64,000 nt of DNA from Octopus bimaculoides. Taxonomy: Eukaryota. The translations under genes and the position numbers were made by a program. A model generated the notes under the pieces. It had not been told where the DNA came from. It did no database searches and saw only the letters and a list, made by a program, of their open reading frames with translations. How positions within the stretch are numbered: position 1 is the first letter of the stretch; each line of letters begins with the position of its first letter. The DNA lies in contig NC_068985.1 in assembly GCF_001194135.2 (NCBI RefSeq), positions 44,281,372-44,345,371 on the forward strand. The letters run 5' to 3'. Of this stretch, positions 12,534 to 24,379 are shown one piece after another.

Positions 12534-12590
12534 GGGCATATGGTGTAGTGGTTAAGAGCGCAGGCTACTAACCCCAAGATTCTGAGTTCT
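12534..12590 (+). promoter_or_regulatory. tRNA-like Pol III head inside the PLE 3' region
   Basis: A-box-like TGGTGTAGTGG at 12541-12551; D-arm-like ggttaagagc; B-box truncated after gagttc. Confidence 0.55.
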
Positions 12591-12654
12591 GGACAACAAC
12601 ATCAGCATTAAAAAATACCTTAGGAATGAGAACCCAGGTTCAAAATTTCCCCAA

Positions 12655-12700
12655 GACACCTGATGAAGGCTGGAAGGTATATCAGCCGAAATGTTGTGTT
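12655..12700 (+). ncRNA. Minimal type-I hammerhead ribozyme motif
   Basis: Helix I gacac/gtgtt; CTGATGA 12660-66; helix II ggctg/cagcc; GAAA 12688-91; helix III ATGT (probably decayed from ACGT); GUU triplet. Confidence 0.75.
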
Positions 12701-13070
12701 AACAACAAACAAAATGAGGACAAATATCCGTCAAATGTAAATAATGTACAAAATTCCTCATCTCTTAAATACAGAACTGAAAGAGAGTAAATATTATATT
12801 GTGTTGGTAACTATTTTAAAGTATGATATATGAGACTTTCTTGTCTTATTGACTATCTCATCTATAGCCATTGTCAGTGTCAACAATGATATATGAAGGA
12901 AGTTGGTGGTGGAACAACAGGCCATTTGTACTACTGTTCCTACTATTCTGCACTGCTCAAAGACAATTATTGCATAGTGGAGAATACATTATAGTTACAA
13001 AGTGGAACGAGGCACAGTAAACATTATGAGGTGCAAGATCTAAAAACAGCTATAGATCTCAGGTCTTCAG

Positions 13071-13475
13071 TTGGTTCCATCCATGCTAGAGAACCCTTTA
13101 AGCAGGGCTGACTGGAGTTATTTATTTAGTATTATCTCCACCAGGAGGAGTACAGTAACATTAGTCAGGAATGGTCTTTACCCGACAACAACAACAACAA
13201 CAACAACAGTAGTTCCAGATGACAAAGACAAATCAAACAGTTTAGATGAAAGTACTGTAGTATTGGGGGTCAATTGCAGCCTTGAAGAGTCAATTAATAA
13301 TCCACTTGATGCAAGAATGCAACTACAAACACTGCACCAATTCACTATCTTTATACAGTACTGCATCACAATAAACTTCCCTTGCCCCAACAATATTTCA
13401 AGGTTGTCACGCAATACAGCATTATTTCACTTTCAGTCTCTATTTCTCTCTCACATACACACACATTATATATAA
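13071..13475 (+). CDS. Possible exon/ORF of unknown product
   Basis: 134-codon ORF directly after gtcttcag (possible acceptor); non-repetitive stretches such as DDKDKSNSLDESTVV and LEESINNPLDARMQ; no clear donor or recognisable domain. Confidence 0.15.
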   Translation: MVPSMLENPLSRADWSYLFSIISTRRSTVTLVRNGLYPTTTTTTTTVVPDDKDKSNSLDESTVVLGVNCSLEESINNPLDARMQLQTLHQFTIFIQYCITINFPCPNNISRLSRNTALFHFQSLFLSHIHTHYI

Positions 13476-14063
13476 TTCCATTAAATTCCTTAGAGCAATA
13501 ACAGCAATTGAATACCACATACCACTACCAACACCACCAACGACAACATTTGCATCACTACAGCAAATGCAGTGAAATGCATCTAGAACCTTGAAATGCA
13601 CATACACACACACACACATGTATGCAAGAACACATATAACACACATCAACACCATAACAATCAACAACATCCACCTAACAACACAACAACATGTCAATGC
13701 AGTGATGTTAACATAAAGCCTATTAAAAGATGTAAAAATACAAAATCTTTTTCTGTATTTTTTTTTCTCTCCTCTCAATGACATTCTCATAACATTATTG
13801 CACAACACAACTGCAACAGTTTTGATGAGAGAGAGAGAGCTTCCTTTCTTTTTGGTAAAACTATCATATGTAATTTATGACAGACTTTAAAGACAGAATA
13901 CAGCAGTTAATTATAGCATATAATGAATAGTTCATTTAGAAAACATGTATTGCTAGTCCTTTTTTTTTAACTCCCTGTTTGAGATGTATGACAGGTATGG
14001 TTTAAATACTTTTCCTATTAACTCAAGTATAGGTGTATGGTGTGTATATTTTTATGGTGTGCG

Positions 14064-14097
<34 letters not shown>

Positions 14098-14971
14098 GGG
14101 GGGTGCATTATGTGTAGGGAAAGAAGTGGGGAGAGTAAGAGCATACGTGACTATATATGCATTTATTTCCCCATATACAGATGTGTAATTGAATACATAC
14201 ATACAAACATACATACATATATATACACACATACAGATAGATAAATATACATGCTTACATACAAATATAAACATATACACACATAGAGATATATACACAT
14301 ACATTCAGATATATGTACATAGATACATACATACAGATACATCTATATATAAGGATTTTATCTTTTAAATGTTCAAGAGTGTGTGTGTTTGTGTGTGTAT
14401 TTTGATTGATGGGACAAAAAGTATTGACAGAATATATTAAAGAATCATGAATTTGAGTTAGAAAATAAATTTTGCAGAGAATATGTGTTTATGCATAGAT
14501 ATACTTACAACTTCACATGCACAGGCACATTTGTACACACAAACATAAACTTACTTGCAGAAATGCACACAGACACACACACCTTACCCATTATTATTAC
14601 AATCAGAGATAAATCCCATGAATGCGTGAATACGTGGGTACATGAGTGCGTGTGTGCGTGAGAGTAGTAAACATATATGTATGTGTATATATATATATAT
14701 ATATATATAAATATATACATACAGGCACAGGTAATGAAAGTATTCAGATTATGAACATCAAATAGGTGTCATTTTTATAGCCATGGAAATATACAAACGC
14801 AAAAACTCAAAACACACACACACACACTGATATTCAATCACATGCAGATAAAAACATATACACACATATCCAAACATATAATAGAAAGAAAATTTTCAAA
14901 AGTTCATATTAGCTAAAAGTTATCAGTGGAAGAAAAATAAACAAAATATATCAAAAACAGATATATATGTG

Positions 14972-14984
<13 letters not shown>

Positions 14985-15037
<53 letters not shown>

Positions 15038-15094
15038 GATATATATGTGTGTGAGTATATCTATCTATATATTTTTTATATATATGTATGTATG

Positions 15095-15132
<38 letters not shown>

Positions 15133-15521
15133 AAGGCAAAAAGACAAAGGTATAACAATTATAAAAAACTCGAAACAAAAACCTATAATGGTATAAAAAA
15201 AACTTGAACAAAAAATATAATAATAAAAGTAAAAAGATATAAAGATATTAAAAATAAAACAATATGTCACCTAGAAATGACAGCATCATTTATTCAGAAA
15301 TTCCCTCTGTTCTAGAGCATTTGTCTACAATGGTAAAACTGAAAAACTTAGTGACATATACAACAGCATTATGTTAAGTAGAAAGTTAATACTGCTGACA
15401 TTTACTTGATGTATGCTGGTGGCCCTTGATAAAAGGGGTTTTATGAATCCATTAAACAAACTCTCTCGCTTTTTAACTGCAGATGATGAAGTATTTCTGA
15501 TGTAGATTTATTTAGAACCAT

Positions 15522-15611
<90 letters not shown>

Positions 15612-15730
15612 CACACACACATGCAGATACTCATACATGTATGTATGTATATATAGAGACAGATAGATAAATATACACATATCTATAGACACACACACAC
15701 ACACACATGCAGATACTCACACATGTATAT

Positions 15731-15761
<31 letters not shown>

Positions 15762-15784
15762 CACACATATATACACACACACAG

Positions 15785-15849
<65 letters not shown>

Positions 15850-15850
15850 T
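14985..15850. repeat. Compound (TA)n/(TG)n/(GATA)n/(GA)n microsatellite field
   Basis: Direct reading. Confidence 0.9.
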
Positions 15851-16343
15851 TAGTACAATCATACTTGAAGTAGATATAACATAAATACTGCAGTTTATTA
15901 AACTGCAGTATTTGTCTCAAGATAGCATCTTCTATAGAGATATAATGTCCTCAGTTAAACTGTCCAACCCATGCCAGCATAGAAAATGGATGTTAAATGA
16001 TGATGATGATTATGACATCAGCAAAATCTCAAATCTACAAGATAATGCATTTTTAATTTGATATAATGTGAATGAATAAATATTATATTTGATACAATAA
16101 CTTGAATGATAAAGGGTTAATGGTATAGTTAAACAGTGATTGAAAAATCACTGATATTGTAATTAGTGGGCAGGCTGAATAAAAATTTGTTATGGGTGAC
16201 AGAAGAAGTATTAGTTTAAAATAGCAATCTTCATATCATACTAAGAGCAGATACATCATTGAAAGCCTGATAAATTACGGCATTTGTCTAAAGATAGTAT
16301 TTCTTATAAATGTATAATGTTAAAAAGCACAAAAATATACCTA

Positions 16344-16478
16344 TAGCAGATGAAAATCATCCAGCAGTGTTAAATCCAACTGTTAAATGCACAGGTGTGC
16401 CTCTTTGGGCGCCATCAATGGCAAGTTGAACATTTAACAATGCCATCACCACCACTTCTGGATGATTTTTGTCTGCTA
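16344..16478. mobile_element. MITE-like element with ~26-bp terminal inverted repeats
   Basis: tagcagatgaaaatcatccagcagtg versus reverse complement of cacttctggatgatttttgtctgcta, 3 mismatches. Confidence 0.7.
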
Positions 16479-16720
16479 CTATTATATTTCTGCTTTTTTT
16501 TAACTCTACACATCTGTAAGAGATACTATCTTAGGATGAATATTGCAAGTTTTCAATGTTGAATCTGCTTTAAATATTTTAAACAAATACCGCTTCTCAT
16601 AGCCATAACAAATATATATATATATATATATATAGATGGGATAGAGGTGGCTATAGTAATTGCAGATATATATATATATATCCCACCTGCAATTACTATA
16701 GCCACCTCTATCCCATCTAT

Positions 16721-16951
16721 GAAATTTTCTACTCTGTCCCCCTACTCAGTCCAATTCTCTGTATCACTTCACCTGTATTCTCCTCCACTGTGCCTTGAAG
16801 GTATGTCCGGACACATATCCACCATCATCTCTCCCGCTCTCTCCATCTCTATCTTTCTAAGTCTCTTTCTTCCTTCCTCTCCAACTGGGATATCCTTGTA
16901 TCTCTTCTACAGGAAGACACCTATCTCTATCTCTCTATTATTCTTTTAGCT
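16721..16951 (+). repeat. 231-bp direct duplication, copy 1
   Basis: Closely matches 17791-18021 (offset 1070 bp) with scattered substitutions. Confidence 0.9.
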
Positions 16952-17522
16952 ACTTCCCTGCCAGTTGAGGGAATTTCATTCTGTCTTGCAAATTATTTGG
17001 TAACCCTGCTGGTGCTGGTGCCATGAAAGAACTACTCAGTGTACTCTGTAATGTGGTTAGCTATAGGAAGTGCATCCAGCTGTAGAAACCATGCGAAAAC
17101 AGATAATAGAATCTGGCATAACACTCTGACTTGACAGCTGTTGTCAAGCAGTCCAACTCATGCCAGCATGGAGAACAGATGTTAAATGATGATGACAATA
17201 TAATATCTATTTTATGCACAACATAACATAAATCAGTAGAATTGAAACAAATTTAAATATTACAAAGCTTCAGTGTGGGTGAAATAAAATTGTAAATATA
17301 TTCTTTCTGTCCAATTGATATATTGAAAAAAAGGAGGGAAGGAGTCTCTTGATGGACTGTTGCACAATTTGTTAATTTCTCCTCACAGATGTACCTGACA
17401 CTTTCCCAATCAACAACACAGATCATTGGTTGTATAAAGCAGTTACAAATTAGTCTAGCATTATGGTGGAATAGCATAATTTGTATATTTGTGCCTTCAG
17501 CAACCTCATCAATAACTAAACA

Positions 17523-17679
17523 ATATCTTTCTGAATGCAGAATTGCCATTAGAATAGCAGAAATACTGGGTAAATTATTCTTACAAGGCAAAAAGAAAAT
17601 TAACAACGCACAGCCTCGCAAGGGTAATTTACACAATATTTCTGCTGTTCTAATAGCAATTCTGCATTCGAAAAAATAT
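17523..17679. mobile_element. Fold-back MITE-like element
   Basis: 17533-17577 versus reverse complement of 17625-17669: 4 mismatches in 45 bp, extendable to ~65-bp arms. Confidence 0.75.
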
Positions 17680-17790
17680 CATCTTGTTTGTATTGTTCAA
17701 TACACATTTTGATGCTTCTAATAAAAACCAATGTTTATAAATATAAACAATATCTATTTTATGCACAACACAGCAAAAATCAGAAGAATT

Positions 17791-18021
17791 GAAATTTTCC
17801 ACTCTATCCCCATACTCAGTCCAATCCTCTGTATCACTTCACCTGTATTCTCCTCCACTGTGCCTTGAAGGTATGTCCTGACACATATCTACCATCATCT
17901 CTCCTGCTCTCCCCATCTCTATCTTTCTAAGTCTCTTTCTCCCTTCCTCTCCAACTGGGATATCTTTGTATCACTTCTACAGCAAGACACCTACCTCTAT
18001 CTCTCTATTATTCTTTTAGCT
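17791..18021 (+). repeat. 231-bp direct duplication, copy 2
   Basis: See 16721-16951. Confidence 0.9.
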
Positions 18022-18040
18022 TCTTATGATGTATATATAT

Positions 18041-18326
18041 CATCATCATCATCATCGTTTCCATGCTAGCATGGGTTGGACAATTTGACTGAGGACTGGC
18101 GAACCATATGGCTACACCAGGCTCCAATCTGATCTGGCAGAGTTTCTACAGCTGGATGCCCTTCCTAACGCCAACCACTCCGAGAGTGTAGTGGGTGCTT
18201 TTACATGCCACCAGCACAAGTGCCAGTCAGGTGGTACTGGTAACGGCCACCCTCGAAATGGTGCATTTTACGTGCTACCTGTACAGGAGCCAGTCAAGCA
18301 GCACTGGCAATGACCTTACTCGAATG
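18041..18326 (-). mobile_element. RTE 3'-UTR-derived element, unexpanded form
   Basis: (CAT)n tail, ctggatgcccttcctaacgccaacc and two ~60-bp units. Confidence 0.8.
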
Positions 18327-18334
18327 TTTTTTGA

Positions 18335-18490
18335 TGTCTATGATTAATTCTTTATATTTTGTATCTTTACATTTGTCCTGCTCGCTTACGTTCTGGTGTT
18401 TGCTGAATATTCTTGAGAACATTCTTCTTAGTGGTCAGACTGTAGCTGGTCTTCTAGCAAAAGGGATGTCCACTTAGTGGTCATCCCTCT
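18335..18490 (+). mobile_element. PLE 3'-terminal fragment, same family as 36315-36528, without the ribozyme
   Basis: Its reverse complement aligns by eye over ~140 bp with 36320-36460 (ccactaagtggaca..gctagaaga..actaaga..gttctcaa..attcag). Confidence 0.5.
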
Positions 18491-18614
18491 TATATGTTTG
18501 TAATATATATATATATATATATATATATANNNNNNNNNNNNNNNNNNNNNNNNNNNNNNNNNNNNNNNNNNNNNNNNNNNNNNNNNNNNNNNNNNNNNNN
18601 NNNNNNNNNNNNNN

Positions 18615-19380
18615 GAGTATAGCTGTGTGAAAAAGTGCCACACCCTAGCGGTTGAGGGAACCTGTGGAAGAGGTAGACTCAGGAAGACCTGGGATGAGGT
18701 GGTGAAACACGACCTTCGAACATTAGGCCTCACCAAGGCAATGACTAGTGACCGAAACCTTTGGAAATATGCTGTGCGTGAAAAGACCAGGCAAGACAAG
18801 TGAGACCATAACCCGTGGCCTTTACCAGCGGGTGTAGCCAGCCCACTTATGCGTACCTTTCCTTCTTTGGACACAAAACTCTGCTTGTGAAGACCTGTTG
18901 AGGCAAGTGAAATTGAAATCAAATTCGAAATCGAACCAAATTCAACGACTCCATCCAAGCGGGATCACTGCCAGAGCAGCTGTCTGGCTTCCGTACTGGT
19001 GGCAGGTAAAAAGCACCATTTGAGCATGATCGTTACCCACCTTGCCTTACTGGCACTTGTGCTGGTGGCACGTGAACAAAACATTCGAGCAAGGTCATTG
19101 CCAGTGCCACTGGACTGACTCCTGTGCAGGTGGCATGTAAAAAACACCATTTGAGCATGGCCATTGCCAGTACCGCCAGACTGGCCCTCGTGCCGGTGGC
19201 ATGTAAAAGCACCCACTACACTCTCGGAGTGATTGGCATTAGGAAGGACATCCAGCTATAAAAACTCTGCCAGATCAGATTGGAGCCTGATGCAGCCAAC
19301 TGGTTCACCAGTCCTCAGTCAAATCGTCCAACCCATGCTAGCATAGAAAGCAGACATTAAGCGATGATGATGATGATGAT
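18615..19380 (+). mobile_element. RTE-clade LINE 3' end: ORF2 C-terminus plus long 3' UTR
   Basis: 18615-18803 encodes EYSCVKKCHTLAVEGTCGRGRLRKTWDEVVKHDLRTLGLTKAMTSDRNLWKYAVREKTRQDK*; UTR has four diverged ~60-bp units and a (GAT)n tail. Confidence 0.85.
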
Positions 19381-21457
19381 ATGTACATATATATATATAT
19401 AAAGTTTAAGTATTAAAAAGTGTGAATATGGATGTAAACACATTTTTTAATACTACTGATTTACAGAAAATAGAAGTTACCAGATGGGCCATTTTATGGT
19501 TTGTTGCCCACTTCTCAGGGAAGATATACTTGGTCTCTTGCCCCAATCAATAACAGAGATCAGCTGCTTTATATAGTTTTATAAATGAGTGGATATGTGC
19601 CACAAGACACCTCCTTCTACCTCTCTATCATACTCACATTGGGCATAATCCACTTTCCTTAATACTACATCCACTTGGTGACCTAAGGCCAGTGACATAA
19701 AAAAGAATCCAGGGCACTCTTTAAAGTGCTTGGCATTAAGAAGAGCATCTGGCTATACAAACCATACCAAAACAGACACTGGAGCTCAACACAGTCCTCA
19801 GACATGTTGGATGCTGTCAAATCGTCCAACCCACAAAGCCATAGAATACAGACACTAAATGATGATGATGACGATATATGGGTGTGTTTGATAGTAACTG
19901 CAATGAATCAGTACAAACCAAACATACATGTGTATTCAATATACCTAAGAACTACAGCCCCTGAAGGCACAGCTTTTAAGCCATTATATTGCTTGATTTG
20001 CTGAAGCAGGAAAAAATTATCCTAAGAGCTGATTGAAAATAAATATAATCACTCTACTACACACACTTGTACTGAGTACTCATTAGAGCAATGACTTTCA
20101 TAGTCTGTTGGTTTCAATGATGATGATGATGAACCTGATCATCATCATCATCATCCTTTAACGTCCGTTTTCCATGCTAGCATGGGATGAACAATCTGAC
20201 CAGAGCTGGTAATGCCGGGGGTCCCACTAGATTCCATTATATGTTCTGGCATAGTTTCTACTGCTTGATGCCCTTCCTAATGCCAACCACTTCACAGAGT
20301 GTACTGAGTGCTTTTTGTGTGGCATCAGCATGAGTTTCCTTTATGTGGCACTAGCACCAGTATCCATTCTGCTGTGGAGGATGAGTCTTCTTGAGTATAG
20401 CAAGATGCCAGATATCTTGGTCCTTTGTCCTCTTGATTTAATAATTAGACCAACAAAATTTCCTGCTCACTGAATTAGTGTGTATGCAGCAGAATCAGCA
20501 CATTACAGTGTGTGGCAGATACAATCCATCCAATAGGATTCCAAACAGTTTCTGTTTACTCAATGTCACTCACAAGATTTAGTCAGTCAAAGATTATGGG
20601 TAAAATGACACTTGTTCAAGATGCTACAAAGCAAATTAATGTGAGACCTTATGATTGTGAAGTGACCTTCTTAACCTTTTGGTGATGCTACATCCACACA
20701 CACACAACATGTAGCACTGAAAATTCTGTTGCTTAATATTTCTCTTATTCCTACTTATGTACACATGTGTTTGTGTGTTTATGCCTATTATAGATATGAA
20801 CTTTCTAAATACACACACACACACACACACACACACACTGTCTCTCATGTCTCTCAGCTATTTAGAGTTTTGCATAATTCTAACCTGACATATGACAAAG
20901 ACTGATGCTGAAAATGGACAGCAGAGCTTGTACACATTAAATTTATTCAAGATGCATTTAAATGGTTTGTTGTAGCACCACCAGCAGATATTCTCTCTCT
21001 CTCTCACTCTCTCTAATAATAATAAGTCTTCTAGCTGTTATTGCCAGTACTTGTGTGTCTGTATTTAAAGAATTTCATTCAGTATTGATCCACTGACAGT
21101 GCAGTTTTGTCAGTTGGTCATTTTGTGATGACCTCTAAGTATGATATATTTATAATAATGGCTAATGCGGTGGTTTTGTCAAACGTTTATTATGATGGCA
21201 ACCTCTCCCTTCCTACATACTGCTTCCTTGTCATAATATTTGAATCTGTGTAACCTTATACTTTCTTTCATTTTAAAACTTTGATAAATCTATTTCTCGA
21301 TTTCAGCCCCATTAACAAATGAATGCATGTACCTGCATATACACATACACACACAAAAGCCGAAATTTTGCTATTATGACACTGAGTTTCATCTCCTGGC
21401 TCTTCAGGTAGTAGTTTGTAAAGTACTTCTATGTTTGTGTGCACTAACATGCATTCA

Positions 21458-21520
<63 letters not shown>

Positions 21521-21559
21521 CTGTATCATTCTTTCAGTGTTCTGCTTTGGTATAACCAG

Positions 21560-21700
21560 AAATGACTGATGAAAGTAGCATTAATTTTTTTAGGTCATTC
21601 AATTTTTCTCAACTGATCAATGGACAATTTGAGTAATCCTATCAATAACAAACCTATAATGACTACTGGAAACAGCTGTAAGTCAAACTTACTACAATAA
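21560..21700 (+). ncRNA. Degenerate hammerhead motif with long helix II
   Basis: CTGATGA 21566-72; agtagcatta/taatgactact helix II base; GAAA followed by palindrome ACAGCTGT and GUA; AATAAA ~21696; helix I not in register. Confidence 0.4.
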
Positions 21701-21734
21701 AGAAAAATATGTAATGACCATTATTTATTCCTTG

Positions 21735-22231
21735 TCTTTGGACACTAAACTCCACTTGCGAAGACTTGCTGAGGCAAGTGAAATCGAAATCGAACTAAAT
21801 TCGGCGACTGGCACCCATGCCAACGTCGTCTCCTTCATTGAACACTAAACTTGGCTTGCGAAGACCTGTTGGAGCAAGCGAAAGCGAAATTGTGATGGCA
21901 CCTGTGCCCAGCGTCACCTTCCTGGCACGTGTAAAGACATTCGAGCGAGATCGTTGCCAGTGCCGCTGGACTGGCCCCTGTGCAGGTGGCACATAAAATA
22001 CACCATTTTGAGCGTGGCCGTTGCCAGTACACCCTGACTGGCCTTCGTGCGGGTGACACGTAAAAGCACCCACTACACTCTCAGAGTGGTTGGCGTTAGG
22101 AAGGGCATCCAGCCTGTAGAAACTCTGCCAGATCAGATTGGAGCTTGGTGTAGCCATCTGGTTCACCAGTCCTCAGTCAAATCGTCCAACCCATGCTAGA
22201 ATGGAAAGCGGACGTTAAACGATGATGATGA
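21735..22231 (+). mobile_element. RTE 3'-UTR copy
   Basis: Shares ggacac..aaact..cttgcgaagac..gaggcaagtgaaat with 18868-18920; ends ggacgttaaac(gat)n. Confidence 0.85.
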
Positions 22232-22233
22232 GA

Positions 22234-23536
22234 TGCGGGTGACACATGAGGTTTTTCGAGCGAGATCGTTGTCGGTGCCCCCGGACTGGCTCATGTGCGG
22301 GCGACACATGAAATCTTTCGAGCGGGATCGTTGCCAGTGCCCCTGGACTGGCTCATGTGCGGGCGACAGATGATATCTTTCGAGCGAGATCATTGCCAGT
22401 GCCCCTGGACTGGCTCTTGTGTGGGTGACACATGAAATGTTTCAAGCGGGATCGTTGCCAGTGCCCCTGGACTGGCTCATGTGCGGGTGACACATGAAAT
22501 CTTTCGAGCGGGATCGTTGNNNNNNNNNNNNNNNNNNNNNNNNNNNNNNNNNNNNNNNNNNNNNNNNNNNNNNNNNNNNNNNNNNNNNNNNNNNNNNNNN
22601 NNNNNNNNNNNNNNNNNNNNNNNNNNNNNNNNNNNNNNNNNNNNNNNNNNNNNNNNNNNNNNNNNNNNNNNNNNNNNNNNNNNNNNNNNNNNNNNNNNNN
22701 NNNNNNNNNNNNNNNNNNNNNNNNNNNNNNNNNNNNNNNNNNNNNNNNNNNNNNNNNNNNNNNNNNNNNNNNNNNNNNNNNNNNNNNNNNNNNNNNNNNN
22801 NNNNNNNNNNNNNNNNNNNNNNNNNNNNNNNNNNNNNNNNNNNNNNNNNNNNNNNNNNNNNNNNNNNNNNNNNNNNNNNNNNNNNNNNNNNNNNNNNNNN
22901 NNNNNNNNNNNNNNNNNNNNNNNNNNNNNNNNNNNNNNNNNNNNNNNNNNNNNNNNNNNNNNNNNNNNNNNNNNNNNNNNNNNNNNNNNNNNNNNNNNNN
23001 NNNNNNNNNNNNNNNNNNNNNNNNNNNNNNNNNNNNNNNNNNNNNNNNNNNNNNNNNNNNNNNNNNNNNNNNNNNNNNNNNNNNNNNNNNNNNNNNNNNN
23101 NNNNNNNNNNNNNNNNNNNNNNNNNNNNNNNNNNNNNNNNNNNNNNNNNNNNNNNATTTCTTCGAGCTAGATCGTTGCCGGTGCCCCTGAACTGGCTCTT
23201 GTGTGGGGTTGTTGTAGGATTTTCGAGCGAGATCGTTGCTGGTGCCCCTGGACTGGCCCTTGTGCGGGTGACACATGAGGTTTCTCGAGCAAGATAAGCG
23301 TGGCTGTTGCCAGTACCGCCTGACTGGCCTTCGTGCGGGTGACACGTAAAAGCACCCACTACACTCTCTGAGTGGTTGGCGTTAGGAAGGGCATCCAGCT
23401 GTAGAAACTCTGCCAAATTAGATTGGAGCCTGGTGTTGCCATCCAGTTTCACCAGTCCTCAGTCAAATCGTCCAACCCATGCTAGCATGGAAAGCGGACG
23501 TTAAACGATGATGATGATGATGATGATGATGATGAT
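22234..23536 (+). mobile_element. RTE 3'-UTR-derived element with expanded 62-bp tandem array (636-N gap inside)
   Basis: Unit gtgcgggtgacacatgaaatctttcgagcgggatcgttgccagtgcccctggactggctcat; ~4.5 units left of the gap and ~3 right, then the standard RTE tail. Confidence 0.85.
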
Positions 23537-23569
23537 ATATATATATATATATAGAGAGAGAGATGTGTG

Positions 23570-23740
23570 ACTTAGTGGTCAGTGTGTTGCACTCATGATC
23601 ATAAGATTGTGGTTTCCTAGACCAGGCGATACGTTGTATCCTTGAGCAAAACAATTCATTTCACATTGCTCCAGTTCATCTAGCTAACAAAATGAGTAAT
23701 TCTGTGATGGACTGGTGTCCCATCCAATGGGTGAACATAT
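23570..23740 (+). mobile_element. SINE family B fragment
   Basis: gacttagtggtcagtgtgttgcactcatgatc..tccttgagcaaaac..tttcacattgctccagttcatc; related to 9443-9550 and 51653-51952. Confidence 0.6.
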
Positions 23741-24379
23741 ACAGAATTCAGGAAACTAGCCTTAGGAACCTATGGTTTGGGAAGGACTTTTGATCCTTTT
23801 GATGATATCTATATATACATGTGTGTGTATGTGTTTATATATCAATTTAATACACAAATAAGTTACTAATAGTTTCATGTTTTTATGACACTTGAACAGG
23901 CATATTTATAAAATACACCATGTATCTCTATGCTATCTTTCAAGGACGCTGGACAGTGAAAAAATAAGAAAAAAAATGCACAAAATAAATAAACACCAAG
24001 AAGGTTGATGTAAAAAATGGAACAAGAAAGAAATGAAATCAAGAAAACAAAGATCCCCATTCTCCCTAATTGCAGAAACCTCAATGAATACAGCTGGTAT
24101 AGAACAAAGTAACAGAAAATATGTGAAAGTCTGCAAGACAGCAACTCAGTGGTGTGTTCTTGAACAAAACATTTCATTTATTGTTGCTCTGTAATCACCT
24201 TGACATTTGATGTATTGCACACTATGCAACTGTACAGGAAATGTCAATTTGATGGAGAGAGTGAACTAATGCACAGTATAAATATTTGACTACTATAAAC
24301 AAATCATCTGTACAGGTTGTTCCAGAAGAAATTGTGGGACTCTCATTCTATTGTCTACAACAGGAGAGTCCCCCATACA

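Larger units (their letters stand above)
12245..12779 (+). mobile_element. Penelope-like element: 5'-truncated, 5'-inverted insertion with 13-bp TSD
   Basis: TSD aaagagagtaaat at 12232-12244 and 12780-12792; GIY-YIG C-terminus PWDEVKIIDRKHHWKI*KLKEIAHMLGHNNLLSRPSTDMSSIWELVLRKDKRILDL* at 12333-12503; 12245-12332 is an inverted copy of ~12662-12750. Confidence 0.85.

Noticed and set aside
12534-12590. Functional tRNA gene (also 9443, 23570, 54100)
   Set aside because: No complete cloverleaf or acceptor stem; each continues into repeat bodies
19170-19260. HDV-like ribozyme fold in the RTE/SINE central motif (ggc-cctcgt-gcc resembles P3/L3)
   Set aside because: P1 pairs only with a mismatch and no P2 partner or J4/2 catalytic C could be placed by eye; an Infernal HDV-like search would settle it
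22234-23345. CRISPR-like appearance of the 62-bp array
   Set aside because: Units are contiguous with no unique spacers, derive from an RTE UTR, and the context is eukaryotic with no cas genes
22353-23452. 230-336-aa ORFs in the track (also 6475-7020 and 18428-18958)
   Set aside because: They run through N-gaps and repeat units
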